Origin: Setoptus koraiensis
Taxonomy: Eukaryota; Animalia; Arthropoda
Length of the DNA: 64,000 nucleotides
Reading direction: 5' to 3'
NCBI GenBank assembly: GCA_048013815.1
Contig: CM106586.1
Coordinates: forward strand, 2,666,001-2,730,000
Below the pieces are notes generated by a model. That model did no database searches. It was not told the DNA's origin and worked only from the letters and a program-made list of their open reading frames with translations. Within the stretch, counting starts at the first letter, position 1, and each line of letters opens with the position of its first letter. The translations under genes were made by a program, and so were the position numbers. Below are positions 31,885 through 46,071 of the stretch, piece by piece.

Positions 31885-34800
31885 AGTCGCGCGTGCGCCT
31901 CAACACTGCAACACTTGAACCCCAATGCGAGAAGCCCGACATGCCAGCAGCGTACGTTACGTAATACACACAATAATGTATTACACAATAATGGCACACA
32001 CACGCATGCAGCATTGGTAGGCCATTGTCGCTCATTGGTGCCACTATCAATGCTATTCTATGGGCTATGGAAGCCGCTTCACTCTCTACTAACGCCATTG
32101 CACATCATACATACACATGAACACACTGCAGTCAGGATAATTATTTACAGACGAGCCATTGCGCAACACTCAACTCCTGCCAAGCTAGCTCGACGCTGTA
32201 TGTGTGCATGGCAAGCAAATTAGTGATAATCACAGGAAGTGGCGCACACACACACACACACCGACCGATGAGGCACGTAGCAGCCTCAATACAGGTCATA
32301 CGCTCTATGCGCACACAACAGAGTCTATGCGCACACCGACACAGAGGGGTCTGGGTCGTTTCATCGACGCACACTTCATATTATGTCACTTCATGCATGA
32401 TACAAGTATCGTTTCATCGACGCTACATTTCGAGTTCATTCTCAGGTACGTGCCTTTTCATGGATGCAGTCGAGTCACTTCTGGCCATTGATGTCGATTG
32501 CTCACTAACAATGGCACTCACAGCTCATATGTCGATGTTGTTACATACATGCAACATCGAATGGCGCCCCCATTCGATATTGAAGGCCTGTTAGACGGCA
32601 AAGGTTGAGTATGAGCGTCATTGGTCTGTTTGCGTTACGTCAGCGCTGCCTCATAAATTCATTATCTGCAATGACACAAACTTGAAGTGAACAAATGTGT
32701 GCCCATTGAACAAAAATACATTTTTGGGCCACATCTTTTAGTTTGTGTCTCTTGTCTTGTCCCCATACACACAGTATATGTGTGTGTTGATCTACAATTG
32801 GACAGTAATAATGATGACGAGAGACTAAGAATTGGATTAAAATTATTCGAAGAAATCATGCTACACATTATCGAACAGTTCCTCACAGCGAGCCATTTTG
32901 TCGAAGTGTGTCGCAAAACTTGTGGACAGACTGCGCTGCTTGTGCCACAGTTTCGTCACGTGCTTCATAGTTGATTATTGGCAACACCCAAGACAAGATG
33001 ACTGCAAACATTTGACATGTTGTCTCATGGTGAAATGCAACAGAACAAAGGTATATTTGGCATCAATATAATATGAATGTACGATAATGAAATGCTCACT
33101 CTTTATTTTTGTCCCCTCGGTGAAGTGTGCGTCGAGGAAGTGTGCAAAAATAAAGACACGCAGGCCTGGAGATTGCAAACAGAGATAAGAGCAAGAGTTT
33201 TTGTTTGAGCTGACTGCTGGCCGGTCGTTCGGACAGGGCCAGCCAACGGTTGTGTTGCCGGTTTAATGGTACCGCAGCGACTGGTTGCGTTGGTGTGTTC
33301 AATGGTTGCGTCACAACGACAGAGGATGGCGCAGTTGGAATTAGAGTTCATGTGACTGTTTGATTTGATTGTGGCCTCTCACCTGTGCTGCGTCTGTCTT
33401 GTCTATTTGACCGCTCGTCGTTGTTGTCGAGTGAGGTGAATAGAGGTGAAATTCACCTCTATTCAGTTGGCTCATTGAGATTCAACTTGAGCTGTGGCTG
33501 CTGGCCAGTTGTTGCCAGGATGATGTAACAACCTATTTGGCGTGCGTCATGATGAGGCAAGCAGCAAAAGTGAGCGAGTGAGTGAATGCAATAACAGCAA
33601 CTGTGCACCTGTGTTGCCATCTAAACTTAGCCTTTCTCTCTCTCTCTCTCTCTTTTTCTCTCTATCTCTTACATAACATTACACAACATTACATAATAAT
33701 GTTGTTGTTGAACGGCAACAACGGCCACTAGTTCACTAGGTTACATGGCCGCTCACGCTGACCTGATGATGGATCACGCTGTGTGCTATTCTCTCCATGC
33801 CTCTCCAACATTCAACAAGCGCCGACAAGAATAACGGTCGCCGCTATGTCTGTGTGTGTGTGTGTGCCCGGCGCCATTACCTGTGCTGTAAGCTATTTGA
33901 AGCCAGTTGCATGGAGCGACTCACCTGTTGCCGTGCAACAGGTTAAAACCTGTTTTGCGCTCACTCTTCTCATGCCCTGTTCTGTTATGTTATGTAATGT
34001 TACGTTATGTTGTGTTGAGTTGTGTTGTGTTTGCTTGTCGCTTGTTGCTGTCCGACTGGCCGCCTGCCATTCGCAACCTGTGAATGTAAGTTAAATATAG
34101 CCGCTCGGGTGGGCGATGCAGCCGAACGGTCTCGCCGGCTGGCTGACTGGCAACAATGACTTACACTTGTTAGTGGCTCACTGACTCACTGACTCACTGA
34201 TTTACTCAATTATGATCACGCCAACCGTTAGTGACCAACGACAACAGCAGCGCCGTTCGAGATGCGATAAACGCAACAATGCGCATCTTGCGCCGTCGCG
34301 TTGCACTTATCGCAAACTTATTAGCCTATTAGCTTGTTAACCGCGCCTGCAACTGCCAATGACGACGATGGTCAAGTGGCGCAAGCGGCGCAAGCGGCGC
34401 AACTTGCGCAACTGGCAAAGGCGCCTCGAAAGTGGAGCGAGCAATACAAACAACTCACTACTTTGTATGTTTGTGGCGCGCACACTAATTGCAGCGGCAC
34501 CATTTGCGCCACTTGCGCCGTGTGCATCCGTTGTTTGCCTGTGCCGGCCAGGTGAGCCCCCGAACGGATTGAACTCGAATTGACTCTGCTGACACACGCC
34601 ATCTCAAGAGACTGCCGGCAAGCCACTCATATCGGCACTTGGCTCGCATCGGTCGAATTCACGGGTATTCGAAGGTATCCACAGGTATTCAGAGGCATTC
34701 CCGGATACCGAATAGGCGAATATCCACAAATGTGGCGCCGCTATTCACAAATGTAACTGGCTCGCTGACCGGCATAAATTGGACGGCGTGAAGCGGCGAA

Positions 34801-35502
34801 ATGAAGTAGCAAAACGAGAGCTCGTTTGTGTGCCAACGGATTGCAAGTACAAATTGCGTATTGGTGTCCATTGGCGGTGCAAGGGAGAGTGCGAACGGCG
34901 ATTGTTGTTTTGGAGTGACTAGTGCGGCCAGCAGAAACTTGCAGTCAGCGGCACCTTGCGTTGAGACGGCGCAGTCTGTGGCAAGCGACAGGTTCACGTT
35001 GGCAAGTCAGAACGAATTGGCTGTCATGAATTGAATGACAGCCGCACAAGCGGCGCCAAAAGAGCGAGAGTGCAATGAACTAAACTGATGACTTACTGAC
35101 ACACACCCGGCGTGCCTCGGGATGACACACAATGAACTAACCTAAATAAAGGCGAGCGAGTCAAGTGTGAGCTTGGCGTGTTTGTTGTGAGAGTCGGCAG
35201 TGTCGATCGGCAGCGAAAACAACTTTTGTCAGTGTTGCACTCACACCGGCGCTCCTATGCAATATAACAAACTAACAACAACACGGCAAACAACGCAACA
35301 AACAAGCCAGCAAAAGTGATGCAGCCGTTCAAGTTGAAGTTGCGCAACCTGCTGCCAGTGCCAGCAGCCAGTCGCTAGCAACGAGTCACTAGTGGCAGTC
35401 AGCACAGGTGAGCCGAAGCTGACCAATAGGCCAAACGGCTGCTGAGCAGACTGGCCGAAGCGGCTGACCGACGGAGGCGCTGGTTGCGCAACTTGGCGCT
35501 CA

Positions 35503-35898
35503 CAACAGATTACAACAAGATAAGCGCAGAGATAAAAATAAGACAAAAATAATAATGCCAGCCAGTCTATTATTAAAAGCAACAGCTGACTGGCTGCATG
35601 TCTTGCACTTGCCCCCACCGTTGCCGTTGTTGTTGCCGTTGTTGTTGCCGTTGTTGTTGGTGCTGCTGTTGCCGCTCTGGCCAGCTAAAGGAAGCGCGAC
35701 CCAATTTGAGTTCAAGTGCAGCGAAAAAAGGCTACGCTGACTAGTCGGCTATTGCGCAACAACGGCAACAACAACAGCCTGTTGTAACCTAGATACGGGC
35801 CAATGGCTCCTTTCACTCCTTTCGCGCAATTTATTCATAGCTCTCGCTGAGCCGAGCCGCTGGGCCGGCCAAGTCGCTTCTTTGGGCCAGTGTGTCAG
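35503..35898. repeat. Non-coding segment A (source of A')
   Basis: See 13866..14306. Confidence 0.85.
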
Positions 35899-36403
35899 TC
35901 GGCACAGTGGTTGCTGTTGTTGCTGTGCTCGCCCAGTTCACCAGACAACCACATGAACTTGCCAAGTAACCGTTGCCACTTGCGAGGCGCCAACAGAGCC
36001 ACCTGACGAGCAACAATTCGGACAAATTGGTCAAATTTGTTGCTCAATGAGACTGTGCCCAACAAGCGCAATCGCTTGTCGCTGCAATCACGGCAACTGT
36101 TGCCAGTCAACACCCAAAATGGACAACGACAACAACAACAACAACGACGACTCTTGTAAGCAGCAACTTAATTATGCGATTACACCTGTATCGCATGCAT
36201 GCATGCAGTTGGCCGATATTAATTAGCACATAACTGGCCGTTGCTGGCCGATAAACGTTGCTGGCCACAGGCTGCTGCTGACGGGCACCGCTGGCGGCCT
36301 CGACGCGAAGCTTGCACAGCACAAGATTGGCTCATTTCGGGCGGCTCGACTCACCGTTCGAAGCCACCACAGACTCTGGAGAGAGAGAGAGAGTCGACCT
36401 TAA

Positions 36404-36412
36404 TCAAGGTCA
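36404..36412 (+). promoter_or_regulatory. TCAAGGTCA extended half-site (FTZ-F1/NR5A and GCNF/NR6A type)
   Basis: Exact motif match; function is inferred. Confidence 0.35.
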
Positions 36413-36438
36413 ACTCTCTCTACACCGCTCTCCACCTT

Positions 36439-36497
36439 GCAGAGTCTACACTGCAGAGTCTACACTGTAGAGTCTACACTGTACAGTCTACAGTGTA
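36439..36497. repeat. 14-bp tandem repeat x4 (g(c/t)agagtctacact)
   Basis: Direct reading. Confidence 0.8.
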
Positions 36498-36751
36498 TCA
36501 GCCACCGAGCCAACAATATCAACACATGATACAAGGGTAAAAATAACGGTGAACAATAACAATACAATAATAGATTGCAGTGCCAATCAGTTGCTCATTC
36601 ATAAATGTCAAGCCATCTCTGGATTGTCTCGATTGTCTGGATTGCCAACGGGGGCACGTACGTTTTTCATTTTCGTGCGCTCGCCCAACGAATGGTTCAT
36701 TTGGTCGAGTGAGCGTGCCATGGTAGCTCATAATTTCATCCGTCCAGCGTG

Positions 36752-36798
36752 CGATATTATCGAGTCGATATCATCGAGTCGATATCATCGGATCGATA
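36752..36798. repeat. 14-bp tandem repeat x3 (cgatatcatcgagt)
   Basis: Direct reading. Confidence 0.75.
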
Positions 36799-37268
36799 GG
36801 TGCCCTGTCAGTTGTAATGTGGAGACTGTGCTCCCATTATGGGAGTCCCTTATCGTCTGCAACCGGCATTTGGAGCATTCGCAGTGTCGGTGCTGCCGAG
36901 TGTCGATCGTCAGACGGCAGCCACCAGATCCGGAAAATGACGAATGGGAGCTCGAGCTCAACGAGCGCCTCATGCAAGCCAATCGCTAATCTGCGAGTTT
37001 CAGCAAGGGAGCCACTTGAAGCCTTTCGCTGACGACAGCGGCCAAAAAAACACGGCAAACCAGCGGTGTCGAAAAATGAGAAATGGTCTAGCGGCAAATT
37101 GTCTTGGGAGAAGCGCTTGGGAGAGGCGAATGGGAGAGGCGAATGGGAGAAGAAATGACAGAGATGACAACATTTTATTGTGAGCAGCAACAATATAGCG
37201 GCAAGTGCTGGCAAGAATGGGGAGGCTCGTCGCAATAGTTGCAAATGCACACACTTGTTGCCGTTGTC

Positions 37269-38069
37269 GCTCACCTGCTTGTGTGTCGATCCAGCCATTG
37301 ATGTTGTTGTTGTTTTTATTATTATGTTACTGGCTAATTTTCAATGCCAATCCGTGCACTGACCCCAAATGGAGACACACTCAACAGGTGAATACGCTAA
37401 CTCTCTCTCTCTGCTTGTGTGTTGCGCTGGCTTGACACAGACACAAGCCAACTGTTGTTGTTGCTGTCGTTGTTGTTGTCGTTGTTGTGCACCCTAAAAC
37501 TGTGTGTCCCTTTTCACTGTAACTGTCTAGCCAGTTACTGTGAAAGAGCCGCAAAAGAGAAGGTAAAACAAGTGAACTTATAACAGTTTTGGGCTCGAAT
37601 TGAGTTGCGCCAAGTTGAGCCGAGCCGAGCCGAGCAGAGATAAGTTGAGCAGAATGGAATGGAATTGAATTAAACGCAATCGCATTGAGCAGAAATTGGA
37701 TAGAACACAGATATATCCCAAAACCGCTATTGGCCGTCTCTCTGGCAAGCTGTGTCAGTTGCTGCCTTAGTATTGCAGACAAGTTTGACTTTGACCTTAA
37801 TATTTGTCGACGAACGCACAAACCAGCAAGCTTGCCACAAATCACAAACACACACAAACACACACACACACGCACACACCAGAGAGCTTGCCAGAGAGAG
37901 ATTGTGGCCGTCATGGCAGAGACACGGACAAAAACAGAATCAGTTGGCTGCTAGCAATTGTTAATGTAAACTAACTGTTAGCCCATAACAGTTTATACTT
38001 TTGTTGCGCTCTTTAGGTTATTTATACAACAATGTGTCTATCGCAATCAGTGGCCGCTAATCAGTGAGT
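37269..38069. repeat. Non-coding segment B (source of B'); possibly an HR4 promoter or non-coding 5' exon
   Basis: Its left edge is a minus-strand CAG|GTGAGC that is also kept in B'. Confidence 0.8.
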
Positions 38070-41010
38070 TCTGTTTTTAGACTCTTGAGACTGTTCGCTT
38101 TGAGTCGGTCAAATTTTTACAAAACAAAAAGCAACGATGCTCAAATGTCCCTCCCAGGGATAAAAGCATTGATTTTGTGTCCTCGACACAAACGAACAAC
38201 CAAGAAACAAAGCACAAACTCATCGTTCTTTTATTATGTCTTGCGTCCTGGTAAATATTTGATAATCCACAAATAAACACTGATGGCACTTGATCGCGAT
38301 TCCCGGCTGGAAAAGGGTTTAATTTGTCGGGTCATAGCATTTGCAGCATGAATACAAATCAATAAAAGCGGCCAATATCAGTAGGCTAATTGATTAAAGC
38401 GATCGCCAAGAATGGCAGTGCCACGACCACTGGTTGCTCTTTGTTGCTGGCTTGACAAGTGCGAGAGAAGTGCCGACAGAGCAATTTGGGCATTTTTCCG
38501 GGCAAATTCCGCCAAGCTAATTTTTGGGAGGAAAGCAACGACGATACTTTACCATCATAATGGAGTGCCCCCTGTCTCCCAAATTGAGTCTCACAACTTG
38601 CGAGTCACAAGTTGTCAGCTGGAGAGATTTTGCCCAAAATTCCTGTTTGGCCAGTGTTACATCATGTGTGGCTGCGATAGCATTGAATTTGGTTGAGTTT
38701 GGTCAGTTGAAAGTTGAAAACAAGCTTGACGTTGTGACTCACCGTTGAGCTGCCAATTGGCTAACGGGCAAACAGCAAGCGCTTGCACAGGTGAGTGTGT
38801 CTTTGGCATTGAATTTATTTTACTCAATTTAATAAGCCACTGACCTGGTAACCTTCACCGACTCTACCTAGTTCACTACCACTATTCGTGTTATAACTGT
38901 TATCGCCGCTGTCACTGCTTTTGCTGCTGTCACTGCTAACACTGCTGGCAAGGTTAACTCGCAACAACCAGATACCAGCACACAAACATACAAACAATTG
39001 CGCAATGATTCAATTGCGGTGACTTATCGCCCACTAATTAGTTATTGGCGTCGTTAATTGAGCGTGCTATTACTGGCCTGCTCACATTTGTGCCCATTTG
39101 TGCCTATTTGTGCTTGCTTGTGCCCGTTTGCTCAGTGAGTGCCCTGGTGGTTGCACTTGTGTTTATTTGGGTTTAGTGTTGCATAACTGTCCACCACACA
39201 AATAAAACACACCTTGTGGTGACACATGACACAAATGTTCAACTGCCGCCTTGTGACGACAGTGTTGTCCAATCAGTTCAACCCCTCGGTCATAATCGTG
39301 CAATGCAAAAGTGTCAATATCGTGGCCGTGTCGTAAATGCAGCTAACAAATTGTAAATTCAAGATGAATGACACAACAGTATTGAACGGTTACTGTGCAC
39401 ACCAAGCAACAGTATGCTACGATACCGTGCCATTTATCTAGTAACGGTTATATTCCGGCCAATGTCACATTGTGCCGGCTGCCTGACCTTGTGAGTAACT
39501 TTTAATGGACGGGTAAATTTTAATTTATGGCCAACTCGCTTCGCCTAGTCATGATGCCAAAAATAAAACAAGATTGTTGAGATGACCATGTGAAATGGTA
39601 GTCGCTATTGCCCTGTTTGTGTCTAGCTGACCACTCAATTTTGGGATCAATTTTGGGATCAATTCTCCACACTCCATATATTTAGTTGTTCCCGACGAGA
39701 GTTCCTGCCAATCAGTGGGCAATCAATATGCTATTGCACATTGCAAATAATTATTATCTCTCTCATTAATAATTATCGTTTCGGTAACTTGGATCGGCTA
39801 TTCTGTTTATGTGGTGGATACAACGGCAGACGAAGAGCAAAGGATTGCAAGTTGTGCCGATGTAATATATATTATATGTGCGATAACTGTTTGCATCCAA
39901 AGCAATCAATTGCGAGATAACATGAATGAGAATGGCTACAACCACGCGACACATTCCTCTGTGTGGCTCCATGTGACGATAACTAACAGATAATTAACTA
40001 CTAATTCTATATTTATCGGCCATTTTTCGTCGGTAAAACATCGTGATAATGTCACGAAAGTGCCCAAAGTTGCTCATAGATCAGCTCTGATTCTAAAAAA
40101 CAAAACCGGCAAAACTGTTGTTGACCTTATTTCATTGGCATGGTCATAATGTCGCCAGAGGAAACATTTGATGATGTGATTTCTTGGTGAGTAGCCAATC
40201 AGACAAAACAATCAATCATATCGTGAATTTTATCGTGAGCCAGCAATTTATCATCGACGCTTGCTGATGTTCATGGTCACCGGCTTGTTATCTTGGATGA
40301 GTAACTGTTGCTTTTGTTGGCAGCTTATGAACTCGAGCATCAAGATCAACAGCCACCAAGAGACACCTAGATATACGAAGTGTCAATAATATAAAGCCTA
40401 AATAATAGGCATTATATTATTGACACCAGAGAATCCATTCTGCGTGTCGCCAAGAGCTGCTATGTGGATTCATGTGGATTCCAATGGATTCCAATGGCAA
40501 AAATGATGACTCGTGATAGTATCATGCTGATGTTATCGCCATGATGCCGTGCACATGAACCGTTATGTGCTCCACTTTCAGCAGTCAGATGTACATGTTT
40601 TGGTTGCGCCATAGGCAAACACTTGACATGTCTCGACACATACACACTACAATTAGACAACCGTCGTTTATTCGCTCTTGTTGTAGCTCTGTCATTGTTA
40701 AGTGTCATTAGATAACATGGCGCCGGCTATTTGAGGAGAGCGAAAGTTAATATCAAGCTCACTTGTTGCGGCAAGTGTATATTCTGTAGTTGGTTAAGTT
40801 GTAGTTTGTAGTTGCAGTCAGTAATAGCAGGCACTAGCGATGGAAGCGATAATGAATGTAGAGCGCCTGATGAAACAACAACGACAACACAGTTAGCTTG
40901 CAGTAGACAGATTGAGAGAGGGGGAGAGAGAGCGAGAGAGAGCAAGAGAGAGAGAGAGAAGAAGCCAAGGACCATTTACATTTACAGTTAGCGTAGAAGC
41001 TTGACAAGCG

Positions 41011-41023
41011 AGTTCAATGACCC
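41011..41023. promoter_or_regulatory. Consensus EcRE IR-1 AGTTCA-A-TGACCC
   Basis: Full match to RG(G/T)TCA-n-TGA(C/A)CY. Confidence 0.55.
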
Positions 41024-42645
41024 AGCTTGGAGTGATTTTGAAGACTCTATTCCCACAAAACTCAATTTATATCCACCACTACTTAATATACCCATCCAGC
41101 CGCTTTTGTATAAGCTTTGTTAACTGTGTGTATATCACTACGTCAAATAAACATTTGATTGATATTATACAACAGAGATAGCTTGTCGCACTTGGCTTGC
41201 CAGCATCACCAGTATTTCGGCTATCTATTAATATCAAAGATATGCGATCAAAGATACAACTATCGACTATCAAAGATTTAATTTCCGTTGTCTGCTGTGC
41301 CGCTGTGACATCACTGTAAATCTTGATTACAAATGCACATAAACAATAAATAAAAATAAATAATAATAAAATATCCGCCAAGATTTTGATAGCTGACAGC
41401 TGATAGATTGGGCCAGATTTGAGATCGTCATCTATACTCGATCAGTATTCATGCCTGGATATCTCACTTGTCAGCGAAATAGCCAGACAATTATCCATGC
41501 AGGCTGGATATGATGTGCCGGAGAAGAGGTGTCGAGGCGCACTAATTTGGCTAAACTGGCGCTCGAATGGACCCCATCATCTGGCTATGCGTTGACCAGA
41601 AGTTATCTAAACTCTAAAATTAGCTACATGACGTATGTATGTTGTGTTCGCGTCAGAGCTAAAGGTCAAGCAGCGTGACTTGCCTGCCCTCACTGGGTAT
41701 CCGTTTTAACTAATTACTCGCGCGCGATCACAGCGTCTCACAAATTATTACATATTATGTATATTAGGAGATTATCACATTGGTATAATTAAAATGAGTT
41801 TGCTCGATCAGCCGATGTTCGCTGCCAGTAGTGAGTAGTGGTGGGTAGTAGTGAGTAGTGGTGGGTAGTAATGAGTAGTGGTGAGTAGTAGACACCATTG
41901 CTGATAGATGATCATTAGCGACAATCGAATGGGCGCTTGTTTCCAAAAAATTGTTTATTAGCTGTTTACGATACCAATTAGCATGTCACCCACAATTGAT
42001 TAATTGACTCAAAAACAACTATGCGATCAACGATCCTTGATTGTTCTTTTCCAACAAAATTATTTCACACAAAAATTATCTTGTGTGTTATTTTATGAGC
42101 TATGTGATGCCTATAACGGGCCAGCAAAACTATGCAGTTTCAAAATAAGCTAAATCACCAGTGCACCAGTTAACTTACTCATTTTGCCCTTCGCTAACAA
42201 TTGTCGATAAGTAAGATGAGATGATAAAACTTGCTATTTGGCGTCTCTATTCACTAGCCGAGTAGCAGACTAATTCGACAGTAGCTCAATTCAACCTCGA
42301 CCCCTAGATAGGTGGACTCGGACGGTGTCGCCGTCTGGCGATCGTGCGCCATTACACAAGTAGCACATAGATGATATAAACACCATTTTAGCTCGGCAAG
42401 CTCGCCATATCGTTATTGAACGCACTGACAAGCTATTATATTGTAATTGTATATTCAATATTACCATATGTATGAGCGATGTTTAACGGCCTCAAGGACT
42501 GTTGCTGACTGGTTACATCACTTTGCTGACTGCAGTGAGCTGATAGACAGATATCGGCATTGCGATAGATCAAGCATCAGCTGCACACTGAATGGATTGT
42601 CTAGTCTAGTTAGCAAACAACGACAATTCGTATCGAAACTGTTGC

Positions 42646-42677
<32 letters not shown>

Positions 42678-45600
42678 GTCATGGACCTTGCGGCAACTAT
42701 GTTATAAATTGACAGGGTACTTGCTATATTTGTTGCTGTTATGTAATGCCATCTCTTTTTTTAACTTTCGCTTAACACAATCGAAACCTTCCTCTATGTG
42801 ATAGCCAACAACAACAATAACAGACAATTCAGACACTGAAAGTAACGGCAAACCAACAGCGAGCTAGCTGATATTGGAGCTTGTCACTTGTTATGCTCTA
42901 TATGAAGCTGCTGATATAACTGTCTGTCTCTCTCAAACAACTTCTACCAACTTCCCTCCTTTTTTCGGTGCAAGTGCAACAAACGCCGTTACTTCTGATA
43001 CATGCATGATATTGACTACCTCACACATTCTGTTGAGTGTCGTTAGTTTCACAGTTACAGTTGTTTAGCTAGCCTAAACTGTTGCATAACTACCACCCTG
43101 TTTATAAGTATATATGCTTATGTAAGATGTGAGTGTGTGTGCCTTGGAAGTGGCAGACGACTCACTCTCACTGTTTATTTTCATTGGGTTTCTATTTTGC
43201 ATTCTAGTTTTACTAAATGCAGTAGAATTGAAGATGCTCATACAACTGCTACTAACACTTATACATATGTATACATACATGTCGGTGAGAGAGGCTAACG
43301 ATCGCGACAGCCAACCAAAGCAAAAGAAGCCCTAAAACATAGGCACAACGAAGCGGCTTAATCCAGCAAAATTTATCCACACTGGCACACATAACGACTA
43401 AAAGGAAGATCATGAAGTCGCTGCAATCTTGGCCTCGTTATCCCTCTTCGTCGCCATGATGAACAAACAGACAAAGCAGTTCATGGATAAACGGCCATCG
43501 TCGAGAGAAAGTTCTTGTAGATAATAGCAATGATCGGCGATTGAACCTTGCAGCGTTCATTGCTCTAATTTTTCTCCATACTTTGATCATTTATCAAATC
43601 ATGTGATGCCTATACACCTACATACAACTGTAACTGTTTGTCAGCTTTATTTTTCGCTAAAAACGCTCACTAGTACGTGGCTTGTCTATCTGGCTAGACA
43701 ACAATGTACGCCAGATATCCTGTTTTATGCTGCATGATGTTAGGTGCGAAACAAAGGTTTGCCTAAATTGCCCTGTTGCGCTGCTTGTTGTTCCACTGCT
43801 GATTGACTTGCAATCTATCTATTATTTAACGATAGATGGATTAGTGTTAGCGAACTGAAAACAAAAACCAAAAAATAAAAGCTACCTATTTGTCAGTCAT
43901 CCATCGATCTGTTGACGTTAGTTGATTAGACAACCAGGGATCATCTGTCAGATCAACTGCTACTATAGGTAAATTGACCTAATAGAATCGGATTATTCAT
44001 TGGAGAGTTGGGCCAACACAGACACAAACAAACACAAACAGATACAAAAATAATAATAATAGTAATAATGACTTATCTTGATTATGTCATACCAAAATAA
44101 ATGGCCTTCCCAGCAAACGCTTCATTACATTCTTTTCCCGTAACTAGCAAAAAATACATTATTACATATGTACTTTAGCACTGTGTGTTGATGCATTGGC
44201 CAGTCAGTAGACTTACTCAAACAAACCACAACTCATTGTAATGATGGAGTGTAATTTATTTTGTATTTTATCACTTTAACCTGTACACGGAACTATTGTC
44301 GCTATCGGTCGAATGCAAGTTATAACAATATATCATCATCATGTATATCAACATTATAGTTGAACAAACATAGAAACATCACACATATACATACCAAAAT
44401 AATGTAATGCCAACAACAATTTTGGGTAATGTGGTGCAAATTTCTTTAATGCCTGTTGTTATTGTTTATACACAATCAACCACCAATAGTGAGCATTGTT
44501 TGTTTTTCATCATCATTAATATTGTTGCTGAGAAAAATCAATTAATCACTAGAATCAATGTGATTGAGCAATAGGTTGCGCTCTCTGTGACTTGGCTTGC
44601 ATAATGGTGAAGTTTGATGAGGATACAGACTCAGCTCACAAGGTAAACCTCTCGAGTGGTACACTCGTATGGACCCAAATACAGTTTTTCTGGACTCTCC
44701 ACATTGAGAGCTAGAAGAATACGCTATTCTCTTTGTAGTTTTTGCAATATCATCAGGTTTCCCTTATTCTTTATCACGACTAGGCTATCAATCCTGAATA
44801 GAATAACATGGAAATTAGCCTGATATTTCGATTTCAAGAAATTATTTTTTCTTTTTATCTCTATGAATTTTATGTTTCCGGGGATCTACCTCCTTCACGG
44901 GATGCATGAATTCTGCTTCACAGCTCAATTGGAAATGGGAAGGTCTCAAACCCAAATCCTTGAAATTTTGCTTGATTAAAAGTCTATCTCACCCTGGAAC
45001 GACCTCCATTCCGAAAGATCACTTTGAGGCTTTGTATCAAACAATGTAACCAAGCATTTTTAACTGTGGATTTTTTTCTGACGGAGCTATTCTCCTAGAC
45101 CAGATGAGAACAACCGTTTACCTGTTCTGTTTTCCTTTTTTGCGATACTCTTGTTGATTCCTATCCTCTCGAATGGACTACCAAGACTGTCTTGTACAGA
45201 AGGCTAACCTGCCTTCACAATGCACTTGACAGCTTGGGGTGCTCATCGAAAAATGCCTATATGCATGCACAAGGGTCGGTAAGAACAAAACTGACGGATA
45301 TGCAGGCTGGGCGAGATTTCCAGAGATAGACTCATTAGAAGAAATCTGAGAATTACAATGCCTAGGTTACCTCATGAAACGCGATTACAGCGATTGACAA
45401 GTTAGATTTGTGTTATGCGCAATATTTTATAAAACAATCGATAACAAACTGTATGATATGTGTCAAAGAGTTGAATCTTCGAGTTGATGTTGTTTTTTTC
45501 TTTGTTTAAGCATCTCATTTTACATGTTCACTTTTCGAGTGAAACTGTCAATACATCATGTATCATATATATGTTCTGGTTTATATGTATCATGTGAATG

Positions 45601-46071
45601 CACAAATATTATTACATCACATACATATATGTTTATACATAAGCAAACCATTTGCTATCATCATAATGTATATATAATATCAATAAGTATATAATTGGAG
45701 AAGGATAATAAGGGCGTTTGCTATATTTGTACATCGTTATGCACATAATGATTTTGCACGAAAGATCATCCCCGATCACCTGGATGCTTGACTCACATTT
45801 CAAAACTTAAATGCTTTTCGTTTCAGTTTTTTTATCGATTAGCTAATAATTTATCTTTGCTACTAGTTGTCGATGTTACAAGGTTCTTGAGTTGGTAAGT
45901 TTTTAAAGTTGTGATTTGTTTCCGGTGTATGTCCACTTTGCTCTTCCAGTTGAAAGTTGATTGAATGTAGCTCGAAAAGATTTCGCGTTTCGTCCAAATA
46001 TATAGTTACTGGTGCTGTAATAGATAATCAATCGGAGACGAGATAATAGTGAAAATTGCAACACAGTCGCT

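Noticed and set aside
36439-36798. Palindromic repeats as a CRISPR array
   Set aside because: Eukaryotic context, no spacers, units too short, no cas genes.
30966-43335. Dozens of 60-177 aa ORFs
   Set aside because: They derive from microsatellites, overlap on both strands and show no motifs.
44600-45400. Possible degenerate transposon
   Set aside because: The composition is coding-like, but I recognised no transposase or RT motif and no termini.
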